Origin: the human T2T-CHM13v2.0 reference genome, Homo sapiens | Reading direction: 5' to 3' (one strand) | Assembly (NCBI RefSeq): GCF_009914755.1 | Contig: NC_060925.1 | DNA: 64,000 bases | Shown: positions 29,192 to 40,900 of the stretch, one piece after another | How the letters are laid out: each line of letters begins with the position of its first letter | Numbering within the stretch: the stretch's first letter is position 1 | Program-made: the position numbers and the translations under genes | The notes under the pieces: generated by a model | Databases searched by the model: none | What the model was told of the DNA's origin: nothing | Seen by the model: only the letters and a program-made list of their open reading frames with translations

Positions 29192-30045
29192 AGGTAACAG
29201 TCCAGGCTGGAGCTGGGAGTGGGCAGACAGCTGGGCAGAACAGGGCACAGGAGACTGGGGGAGATCATCTTCACATATTTGGACTAATCCTTTCTCATGC
29301 TCCTTTGGCTCTTCTGCCATGTTTTCTTAGCAATTAGGCTGGTTCTGCCCTTTTCATAGGCTTCCCATAGACTTTTAAAGTAATAATAATAATATTGATA
29401 AATTTTGGCTACCATTTATTGAGCATAGTATGAGCTAAAGACTTTCATTACATATATATATTAGGGATAAATATTGACACCACCACAATTCTTGGTTACA
29501 AAATCATCAGCCTGTCTTAATTTTCTAAATCACAATAAATCTGACTCTATGTCCTCAATTCACTGGACTGATGATAATTTCCATCTCACTCATTACCTGA
29601 TGCTCTTTTCCCCCACCCACAGTTGATCTTACTTAGTCTAGACATTTGGGAGCTCCCATGGTCATTATTGCTATGCCTTTACCCAAGCCTCCCTATTACC
29701 TTGAAGGTCGGTGGCTTTGCTGCTGCTCCATCCCTGGGCCCCCAGTTCCCTAGGTGTGTTGTATATCCTCCTGTGCAGATGAAGGCTGTTGCTGACCAAA
29801 CAGTTATGCTGTGATACATTGGTTCTAGGGCAGAGGGTGGAGAAGCAGGGCGCTGGGGCTCACTGCAGACAGACAACTAAAAGACTGGCTCTGCTATCCT
29901 GGCAAAGGGCCTAGAACCATTTGAAAACTCCTGATTAGATAATTGGGTAGCAGCCTTCCAACTCTGAGCATCCATTGTTTAGTAACTTGACTTAGGCCTC
30001 AGTTTACTGAGTTGGGCTTTGAAATATTTTTCCTTTTGTTTCCAG

Positions 30046-30266
30046 GATTAACTTACAGAGAAGCAGGCAAGATGACCTTGCTGCCTGGGGCCTGCTCTCT
30101 CCCAGGAATTCTCATGTGGGATTCCCCTTGCCAGGCCGGCCTTTGGATCTCTCTTCCAAGCCTTTCCTGACTTCCTCTTAGATCATAGATTGGACCTGGT
30201 TTTGTTTTCCTGCAGCTGATGACTTGTTGCCCTGAAGTACAATAAAAAAAATTCATTTTGCTCCAG
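30046..30266 (+). other. CHI3L2: CHI3L2 terminal non-coding exon 11 (3'UTR); 3' end approximate
   Basis: Strong pyrimidine tract + ccag at 30042-30045; AATAAA at 30241-30246. Confidence 0.85.
30241..30246 (+). terminator. CHI3L2 polyadenylation signal
   Basis: AATAAA near the end of exon 11. Confidence 0.8.
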
Positions 30267-30915
30267 TAAGTATGGCCTCATTTATTCAGTCCTTGACCCT
30301 GTGATATCAGGTTGTTCTGTCCCTGCTATTTGTGGGATCCAGAGCTAGGGTGAAAACGAAGTTTTGCATATCATGTTTAAATATTAAAAACAGCTAACAT
30401 GCTGTTAAAATATGACTTATGCTCCAACATTAACGCATACAACTTTGCAACCACCTAGAAGGTCAGAACCTGAAAATTTAAAATTCTCAGACTCCTTAGA
30501 ATACCACACCAGAATTCCCATCTTTGCCTCTGTCTCTCACAGTAGGAGCCTCATGGGCATACTTGTGGACATTGTAGGCTTTGTATCCAAGCTTCATCTG
30601 CACTCTACCCTCTACCCTCAACCTCCAACACACAAACCCACCCACACACACATACACCTGCCTCTGGGCTATGCATGTGCACACCGGCGTTGTGGTCCAC
30701 TCTCAGTAAAGATGGGCCCAGGGAAAAGTCATGTGCAGGCTCTGAGAGAGCGCACAGGCTCTTCTGGCTATTTGGGTAGAAATGCTGGATGTCTGGATCA
30801 TGATTTAGAAGAGGAAGTATGTGAGCTTTAGGTGAATGTGCTCCTAGCCTGGCAGTCTCCTTACCTTGTGGGGAGGGGTGCAACTGGAAGAGGGCCCAAG
30901 TGGGACCCTCCAAAG

Positions 30916-31139
30916 GAGGGTCAGCAAACTACGGCCCATGGATCAAAGCTAGCCCACTGCCTGTTTTTGTAAATAAAATTTTATTGGAAGACAGCCACAC
31001 TCAGTTTTTTTTACATATTGTCTGTGGCTACTTTCTCCCAACAATGGCAGAGTTGAGAAGTATGACAGAGATGGTATGGCCTGCAAAGCCTAAACTATTT
31101 ACTCTCTGGCCCTTTACAGAAAAGTTTGCCAACCCCTTT
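30916..31139 (+). mobile_element. MER58A-like hAT-Charlie MITE
   Basis: GGGTCAGCAAACTACGGCCC...AAAGTTTGCCAACCCC inverted termini. Confidence 0.8.
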
Positions 31140-32015
31140 TCTAAAGCACGGTGCTCACAGCACCAGGTCTAAGACTGATTCCGGTGTCAGACTCCTTAAT
31201 TTTAGGATGAACTGTTTTCCCCCATTTTCCCAATTTCTTCCAATCTTTTCCGTCTAGAAAAGCCACTTTTATCCTGACCTTTGAACAACAGTTTCATGCA
31301 CATATTTAATTCTCATGGCTTGTGAAGTTAGTGATAATAAACCCAATTTTCAGATGAGCTAACTGGGGCATCATTGTAAGGGTACATGTCTGATAAGTGG
31401 TGGCAACTAGACTGAATCCAAGAAGGCGGCTGCACCAGAATGTCCGTGGAGGAGGGCATTAGAGGTGGCTACACGATCAAAGCAGCATAAGGTGGGAATA
31501 CTAGGAGACTTTTTTCAAAACTGCTTTGAATATCCTATTATGATGGAAAACCCCAGACGTACATACCAAAGAATGGGAATGGCAAGCACTGACAGATACT
31601 AGGGGAAGTTAGTCCCCAAGGTCCCCTTGAATGCTGCTCCAGTGCTCAGATCTTCTTACTACAAGGTAGAAATTGCTTGGGCACCTCTCTGGCTTTCTAA
31701 CTCTGGCTTTCTAACTTTGCTTCCTATGGTAATTGAATTCTCAAGAAGCAGAAGATCAGAGTAATTAAGAACATAGTCTGGAGCCAGATCTCCTGGGTTC
31801 ACACACAGTGGCTTTGTTACCAACCTAGTGGCTATGTGACCTTGGGCATGTTATTTATCTTTTATGTGCCCCCAGCTTTCTCATTTTTAAGGTGGGGATA
31901 ATAACAATATCTACCTCTCAGGGATATGATAATGGTTAGGTAAGTTAATATTTGTAAGGCATTTGGGCAAATGCCCGACACATCACAAATACTATTTGTG
32001 TTTGTTATTATTTCC

Positions 32016-32382
32016 ATTAAAAGGAAAACATTAGATAAAACAAATCCAACAGAGTTTATTTGAGCAAAGAATGATTCAATGAATTCGGCAACACTCAGAA
32101 CCAGAAGAGGTTCAGAGAGCTGTCCTCTGCAATATGGAGAATGAGTATTTATAGACAGAAGAGAAAGTAGAGAAATAGTCTAATTGGTCACAGCCAGGAG
32201 TTTGCCTTATTTAAACATGGTCTGATCAGTTGGCTGCCTCTGATTGGCTGAGATCTGGTTACTGTTACAAAAAAATATACTTCTAAGTTAGGTTTCAGTT
32301 TATGTACATACTACATTAGGTTCTAGATCATTAGGAGGGACTCAAACTACAGAGATAACCTCAGGCCAAAGTTAATTTAACA
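32016..32382 (-). mobile_element. MER57/MER93-like ERV1 LTR
   Basis: Reverse complement TGTTAAATTAACTTTGGCCTGAGG; CCAAT boxes. Confidence 0.6.
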
Positions 32383-34288
32383 CTTCCATTATCCAGCTGC
32401 TGTAACGGGCACAAGAGAGAGTATGGGCAGCTGCCCAACACATTAACCTTGGCCTTGCATGGAGCCTAAGAGCCCATTAAAGGTCTATGTCTTGGGCTCT
32501 AAGCCGTGAACTCATGGAGCTCTCTCTCATGCTTACTGTGAGGATAGAACCATTTGTTTTGCAAACATCCAGGAGAAGATTAAGGAAATCAAGGCCCCTT
32601 GTTTGGCTGGGGTTGGGGATGGATTCTGGTCATCCTTTCCTTTCCTCTCCCCTACACCCCTACCCACTACAACCCCTTTGAGGAGATCTTTGTAGGCTAA
32701 GAGTCTTATGCCAAGGAGGAACCATATCTTAGACTTGCTCAGGGGCAGTATGGGTGAGAGTCAGGAGGTCGTAAGAACCCAGGCCCCAGTTGGTCTCCGC
32801 TTGGATTACAGCTCTGCTACTTCTCGGTGTGATCTTTGGCAGTTTGCTTAGTCTCCTGTCCCTCAGTTTTCCTAATACGTAGAACAGATGACAGTAATAG
32901 CATCTTCCTGAAGGGATAGTTTTGAATAAACGAATTAATACATATGAAGCTTTTAGCACATCGTAAGTGCTGAATGAATGTTCGCTATTATTGTGTTCAA
33001 CACTGCTCCAGTTCTAGTTAGTCAATGCCTCCAGTTTTTGACATTCTTCTAGTGTTCAGACAGAAGCTAAACAGTCAAAAGCCTGGGAAGGATGGGGACA
33101 GATTTTAGGTAATAAATAGCTTTGGAAATGCCATCAGCTCTGCACAACCATACACATGTACTAAAGTTGGTAGGACCCATTTCTGTTTTCTTTGTGAATC
33201 TAATTTGCCTTTAAACGGATCCGGCCTCAAAGATCCCAATGGTCTGAGTAGCATCTCCCAGAAAAATCTTGAAAATGTACCTGGCAGATCTCTTAAGAAG
33301 GAGGTATCTTGGCATATACTGGGAGTGGAGCCAGCAGCAAGACTCTCTCCTAGATGGGATTTCATTTAAGTTAGGCTATGTCGATGCCTCGGGGCTAATG
33401 TCAATACCAAAGGTTTTTTTAAAAAGGCCTGCCTTGGAGGACAGCAGATCACATCTTTGGTACTTTCGTTGTCTTCTGGGGCAGAGGGACCCTCAGAAAT
33501 GGTCTAGAAACCTATGATGTGGCATCATGGTGGGCTTCCTGTAGGTGGCATCCCTTTATGTATGGGTAGTAAGACTGGGGAAGGAGTGGAAGGAGGTGGG
33601 TCCTAAAATATTGTGATTTTCAAAGCCTTGATCCCTGGGCATTTTTGCAGCTGTCTTTTCTCTGATATACATTGTTCCCGGGATCTGTCCCAGGGCTTGC
33701 TGCCTCTCCTTTCTGAGTCAAAGCATAATTAGAAATGTCTGTCCCAGGTGAATTTTCTCTGTCCTCTGTAAACCAGACAACATTTGAATAAACAGAAACA
33801 ACCTTGGAAAATGATGCTTTCTCATGCCAAACTTGATAGAACTCACAAACTTCTTGTAGCCACTACCCAAATCTATTGCTATAATAGAATCAAGGTATTA
33901 GGGCCTGGGCAGGGATAAACCCACCCAGGATGGTTTATCCAGGAATGCGGTCAAATGGTTATTTGATGTCCTTTGTCCATACTCCTCTGCTAGCATCCAT
34001 CTGGTCTCTTTGGACACATGGGACCTACTCTGACCCCAAATGACTTTGGACTCTAGGTCAGCCTCATACGTGTGCCAAATATGCCATTTTCCTCAAAGAA
34101 CTTTCAGTCAACAGCCTTTTAAAGCTGCCTTCCCATGTGTCCCTGGGTTGGTTACCCAAGATGGAAAACACAGATAAGATTCAGAGAGCTAAGGGGAGCC
34201 GTATGCCACCCCTATCCCTTTATTCCTGATCTCCCATCATGCCTGCTGAAGGGGGTCAGGTGCAGGATGAGAGGGCCTGCATGCTCCC

Positions 34289-34295
34289 TATAAAA
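34289..34295 (+). promoter_or_regulatory. TATA box of the chitinase pseudogene
   Basis: TATAAAA 61 nt upstream of the relic ATG; AGATAA (GATA motif) at 34172-34177. Confidence 0.65.
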
Positions 34296-37200
34296 GCTGT
34301 TGAGTACCCCACTCAGACCTGGAACTTGCATTTAGGACTTCCCAGAAAAATGGGCAAGCTGCTGATTCTTGCTGATGAGTCTTTCCCAGGCAGGCTGAGT
34401 TTAGCTTTCAGAGCAGCTGCCTGTTCTCCTCAGTTCACTTGCTGTCTCCTCCCCTATCCTATGTTCCAAAGGCCTGCACTCTGTCCTTCCTCCGTCTCTT
34501 GCAGCCTTCTTGAGTTCATAACATGGTGGGGAAGTAAGGAAGAGTTCACTGAGCACCTTAGGGCTTCATACTGGAGGGAAAGTGGATAACTCTGGCAGAC
34601 CAGGACAAGGCCATTTCCACCACGTGAAATAATAGAAGACTTAGGCCAGCCCCCACCCCAACCCCTTTCCAGTGTTCTGTGATTCCCGCTCAGTGCCAGC
34701 CACAGAGCAGGAGCCCAAGACACTCACTTAATCAAAGATTAACCAACTACCAGGAGCAATTAGTAGAAAAATGAATAAGACAGATGTTTCTCTGAATGTA
34801 GAACTCTGGGAGCAGGTGCATAGGAGGGGGTTTGGGAGAGAGGAAGAAAAGGCCTCAAAGAGTTAATGCAGCTCCCCCATGGCTAACTTGTTTCCCAGAG
34901 AGAGTGACCAAACTGTAGAAAGAAGCCCAATAAGGGTGATCACTGGGATGGCACAACAGCACATCCAGGGTGTGTTTGGGTGGCTTGGAAAAGGATACAA
35001 TTTAAAAACTTCATCTGAGTTGAAAAGCAGAGTGTAGTTGTTCCTGGAAAAGATGAGTTGTAGCTCTAGGGTGAAGAGACTGCTATGGGAAGGGGCCCTC
35101 TGCCTGAAATCTCCCTTTCTTCACCTTCTATGCCTCCTGTGCCCCTCCCCACCAATCTGGCTTATCTTTAGGGTCCATTCATTCAACACATATTGATAGA
35201 GAGCTGACTGTGTGCTGGGTAGTGGGGACTCAGCCGTGTCAGCACAGTCTTTGCCCTCACAGAGCTCACAGTCTGATGGGCAGACCAATAAACAATCATC
35301 TTTCAGTGTGGTAAGGGCTGTGATGGGGATAAGCACAGATGTCAAAGGGGCCTAGAGGGACATCAGGGAGTTCCAGTCCCAAGGTCACCTCTCTTGGGAA
35401 GTCTTCCCTGACCTCTGTGTCTCAATTTTATCACTTGTCATATGGCATTGCACCTATGTGCTTACAGGTGTGACTTTCCACCAGGCTGTGAGCTCCTTGA
35501 GGGGAGGGACCCTGCCTATGTAGTTTTTTGATCTCTACCACCCAGTAATTAATATAGGTTTATTGAAAGAATAACAACACATCCTCCTGGCTCCTGAGTC
35601 ACACACCATCACCTGAGCTTCCGGGTAGCCAAGTGAATGCCTACATTAGCCACCTGCTCCAAATATGTCATACAGTAGCCTATGTTGGGAAAGGGTTTAT
35701 AGAGCAGAGGGGGCGTCAAGCCCCATCTCCCTTTCCCCATTTACTGGCCATGGCTGCCATAGGCTTGCCCCTTCCCAGCCAGAGACAGGATGACCCTGGC
35801 ACCCTCTGACCAAGATCTTTTTGTCTTTAGGTCTGGCCCTCCTGCTGCAGCTGGGTAAGTATCCCATGAGAGGGTTCCCCAAAAGATACCAACAGCAGAA
35901 TGTTTAGCCTTTGAATGCTGTCCACAGTCACTCTCATGCCGTGCTTCATTGGTAGAGCCTTCAGCATCCTTCTCCCCAGGAGAGGCAGGTTGCTGTCATT
36001 TTTCTGGATTCTTTTCTCCAAGAAATTCAACTCCCCAGCATCCTATTCTGTGTGTCACAGGAGGTGCCATCCACAAAGGATTCTCTGTGAATAGTATCCC
36101 CTGAAGTTTGCCATGTTGCTGTACAGCCCCACAACAACCTATCAACTAGCTGCCAATTTAACCTAAAGTTTAACCTAAAATTGCACCAGCTAAATGCTTA
36201 GCATATTTATTGGGTAACTACTGTGTGCAAGGTGCTTTTCATTTATTATTTTATATACCCACACATTAAATGCAATGAAGTGGGCATATTAAAACCATGT
36301 TAAGGTTGAGGCAACTGAGTCATAGGGAGGTTAAAAGCTTTCCCTAGCCCACAGAACCCAGGAAGGCCAGATCACCTTATCAGCTAAGTTGATGCTTTTG
36401 TCCCATCAGGAATCCAATGGGTAGGTTTTATAGTCGAGCTCACAGGACCATGGTATAAAGGACTTAGGTGTGAGTCCTGGCTCTGCCACCTTACGAGTTG
36501 GATGATCTCGGTCAAGTTGCTTCATCTCTCTGAATACCACTTAAAGGTCAAATGATATTAACAGCTTCTGCCTTGTGGGGTTATAAGAATTAAAGAAGCA
36601 ATGCGTGTAAAGTACCTGGCATTTAGCAGGCACTCAGTAAATGGTAGACGCTTCCACTGCCGGTGTTCCTTGCTCTCTCCTAGACTCAGACTTCCAGCTT
36701 TCTGGCCTTGTGTATCCCGGAAGCTCCAGCCAATCTACTTTCTGTGCTGAGGGGTTGATATCTGGCTCCCTCATCCTCCCCAGGATGCCCTGTCTTTTCT
36801 TCCCTGAAGTTCCCTTCTGCACCAGGGTCCATCAGCCCACTGGCAGAGATGGGAGCAAGAACCTACTCAATGAGTTATTTATAGCGTGCCCTGGAGGACT
36901 CATGGCACAAGGGCCCCTTGATCCTACAGAGAGCTCTGTTCCCAACACAAAGGCCTTGTGTGGAATGTGAGGGTGGAGGGACCGACTGGCAAATGACAGC
37001 TCGTTTCAAGTGGAATTTCTTTACACTAGTATCTTTTTATCTCCAGCAACACAGAACTGAAAACCTCGCTGTCTATTGGTGGCTGGAACTTTGGATCCCA
37101 GGGATAAGACCTAGCATTCAGGATTGAATCATTTCCAGATTAATCAGTCTCTTCCAAGCTCCAAGGACTGTAAGTTTCTCTAAAGTGAGTGAACCCCGGG

Positions 37201-37299
37201 CCTCAGACCCCAGTGTAGACATCCCAGAACTCTTCTCTGACCAGGTCTCCCTGAAGTCTGCTCTTCCTTCATCATAGCTCTTACCACACTATTTTTTTA

Positions 37300-37546
37300 A
37301 ATTGGACATTTCATGATTTTTTGTTATATTATTTTTAACTTAGTTTTTTAATTGACATACAATAACTGTACATATTTATGGGATACATAGTGATGTTTCA
37401 ATATGTATAATGTAGAGTGATCAGATCAGGGTAATTAGCATATTCATCATCTCAAACATTTGTCATTTTTTTGTGTTGACAACATTTAATATCCTCTTTT
37501 TAGCCCTTTGAAACTATACATTATTGTTAACTATATAGTCATCCTA
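37300..37546 (-). mobile_element. L1MA-type 3' fragment in pseudogene intron 4
   Basis: AATAACTGTACATATTTATGGG...GATCAGGGTAATTAGCATATTCATC; flanking TACCACACT repeat. Confidence 0.65.
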
Positions 37547-37807
37547 TACCACACTGTATTTTAAGTTCCATTTACTTATCTATACCTTCCTCTATATGAG
37601 CTCCTCCAGGGCAGAAACTATTTTATTCACCACTCTATCCCAGCAATGTTAATAAATGACAGAATAACTGAATGACAGTAAATGACAATAGATGACAGAA
37701 TAACTGAATGTATGTCCAGGCAAATAGTAAGGCGGATAAGTGGCAAGACAGAGTATTCAGGAGCTTAGGCTACTGTGATTTAGGCTACAATGACTTATTG
37801 ACTCCAG

Positions 37808-37973
37808 ATTCTCTGATGTGGCGGCCACTGCTGAGAACCGCCAGACCTTCATGCAGTCAGCCATACAGTTTCTGAGGAAGTACAACTTCGATGGGCTGGA
37901 CATTGATTGGGAGTATCCAGGCAATCGTGGCAGCCCAGCTGACACCCAGCAGCTCTTCACCATCCTGTTGAAG
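37808..37973 (+). pseudogene. CHIAP1: Pseudogene exon 5 with intact GH18 catalytic motif
   Basis: ORF 37818..38060: [24 protein letters not shown]; 166 nt. Confidence 0.93.
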
Positions 37974-40900
37974 GTGTCTCACCCTCACTGTGTCCAAAGA
38001 ATACATGATCTGGCCCACAGCGGGCTGGGAGTTCTGGAGAGGGGTTCTGAGAGAGGCTGAATATATGCTGGCCAGGGGTGTGGATCTCACCCTTTCTGGC
38101 TCACAGCCTCATCTCTTTAGTGTAAGAGCAGATCTCTCTTTTGGGGAAAACTCCGACTGGCAGTGAGAAGTATATCTTTGAGCACCAATGTTAGCTTCGA
38201 TGCTCTTATTTCCCCTTCTTCCATTTTTTCTGATGATTAGATGCAATCACATATACAGTTTGCAGTGCTGGAGGCCATTTTTGTCTCTTTAATACAATCT
38301 CCCTCCTTTTAAAATAAAATTCTACTCTGGACATTATTTGTTTATTTTAAAATTTAACTTTCAGAGGATGACCGAATTTCCCTCATTTCCAAGTTTTCGG
38401 AAGACAGCTTACTGTTATCCCCAGATACCAACAACAGCTTTTGGATCAAAGGACTCTAAACCGAGCACGTTGCAGCTTTCTTCATAAGAGCTGTGACCTC
38501 GTCACATGCCCACTTGTCCCTCTAGCCTGTGTTCAGTGTCTTCTGTTTCACAGGAAATGTATGAGGCTTTTGAGCAAGAGTCTACCCGCAGCAAAAAGCC
38601 CAGATTGTTGATGTCTGCTGCTGTGTCAGCTGGCAAAGGTACCATTGAGACTGCCTGCCAGATCCCTGAGATGTCGAGGTAAGCAAACCCAGGAGCTCAT
38701 ATTCAGAGCTAAGTGACCCTTAGACCTTCCCCGGGCATTGTCAAATGCCCAGATACCAGTGACCAATGCTCAGGTACCCAGGATAGAGAGGACTCTATCT
38801 CAGAGGAATGAAATGACCTCAATTCCTGAGGAAGAGGCAGAGGGAGACAGTATGAATGCTGGCCTTGTTTCTAAGTCTATCTCCAAGGTTCTCTAGGGCA
38901 AACGGCCATTTGGAGAAGGTTAATTGAGTCTCAAGCTTCTACAAGTCCTGAAGGTCTGAGTGTAACCAGATAGTGATCATGGAATGGGTGCCTTTTATAT
39001 TCCAGGTGCTCTTGAGATGAAGGTGAGGGAGAATGGAATAAAGAATAACAATGCATAAGGGAAACTTTATTGCATAGTGGCAAACAGCAGATTTGGCTGT
39101 TTGTCAAATCTGCAATCAGCCGATTTGGGACTAGGAGTGTTAGGGGTAGTGGGTTAGAAAGAATGATTTCCCTTGGGTCATTTATTTCCTCTTGCTCTCT
39201 CTCCCAGCTACCTAAGGTACATGGACCTCATCAGTCTGATGACCTATGACCTAAGGGGCTCCTGGGAGGGCTTCATAGGCGAGGACACCCCCACTTGCAG
39301 GACCTAATGACCAGGGAGACTACAAATACTTTTATATGGTGAGTGAGGAAGCCAGTCCTAACAGACATCTTCAAAGCCTGTCACTGGATCCCCTGCCCCA
39401 GACTGCAAAGGAGACCAAGAAACTTGATGGACAGCTCATGTTCTCTACCTCCCTGTCCCTGTGACTGATTGTATCCATTCATCTTTCACAAAAAAGGAAG
39501 CAGAATAGTGGCTTGGGATAATCCCAAACATTGGGGAATTTTAAAAAATATATTTTCCATTTATGCTAGGAGCACATCTCATGATCCATCTTCTTCCCAC
39601 TCTTCCTTCCCTCCCTTCCACCCTCTTTCTTCCTAATTTATGTGGTTTAGGCAGCTGTAATAGTTAGTCTGCCTAATGATTAGTAGGTGAGTAAATGGGC
39701 TAGATGTCATTTCAGTGGAGATTTCAACCAGGGATTTAAAAATTGACATGGGAAAATCTCCCAGTCGATGCTCCATGCACGAACAATTCTCAGCATTGTA
39801 GTAAGCCCATTTGGAAGACAAGTGGATGCATGGCTGAACACCAGTCATGCCCCAGATGAACTCCAGTATGAGGAAAAAGAGGATCTCTGGCTAACACTGG
39901 GCCCTGCTACTAAAGCAATGAACCTCTCTTAACACCCATTCTAGAAGGGGCAGCACTCCTTTCCTTTCAATGAGATTGGACTGTGGAAGGGGTTTGACTG
40001 GATGCTGTACCTGGAGATACTAGGGAATTAGGCAGAAAACCTGGCTGTTCCAAGGCCTCTGGGTACATACTCAGCTGCTTTCTCATGATATCTTCCTCAT
40101 CTTGCCTCCAGGATTAGGCAATGAACTACTGGAAGAGCCAAGGTGCCTCTGCTGAGAAGCTGATGGTGGGCTTTGGGGCTTATGCTCACACCTTCACTCT
40201 CAGTAATCCTGCCAATCATGGCCTGGATGCTCCCACTTCTGGCCCTGGGACTTCTGGGCCCTATACACAGGAGGCTGGAACCCTTGCCTACTTTGAGGTA
40301 ATGTCCTCAGAGGGCCTAGAGGACCCACTCTCTCTGTTCTCAAGGTTGAAGATAAGTCAATGGAGAGAGTCTACACTCTGATTTCCAGTAGAGGGTACCC
40401 TGTTGCTGACTGCTCTGAATATATGTGGCAGTGAGAGGAAGGAAGAGTGAAAGATTGATAAAACATCTTAAATGTTAACCTTTTAAAGTAAACATGCATC
40501 TTTAATATTAGAACTAGCTAATGCTTACTGAGTGCAAATGGAGAGCCAGGTTGTGCTCCAAGTGACTTTTATATATCATCTCATTTAACAAACAATAAGG
40601 TACTGCATTCTCCCCATCTTATTCAAGAGGTGACTGAGGCACAGAGAGGTTAAGTAATTTGCTCAAGGTCACAGAATTAGTAAGTGGCAGAGCTGGGATT
40701 CAAACTTAAGTTGTCCAGCTCCAGAATCTCAGACCTTACCCATTATGCTATACTGTCCTCTTATTAGCTGTTTTGAGACACAACTCTTTCAAACGGAACA
40801 AATTCATTTCAAAAGGAAACCAGGACACAAGGCATAAGGAAGCTGCTTGTTCATTGTTGCACATGAGGTTATTGGCAGACAAAGGACTGAATTCATGTCT

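Noticed and set aside
36137-36165. ACCTATCAACTAGCTGCC (TYQL..) as a relic of pseudogene exon 3
   Set aside because: Similarity does not extend to FTNW or CTH; consistent with chance
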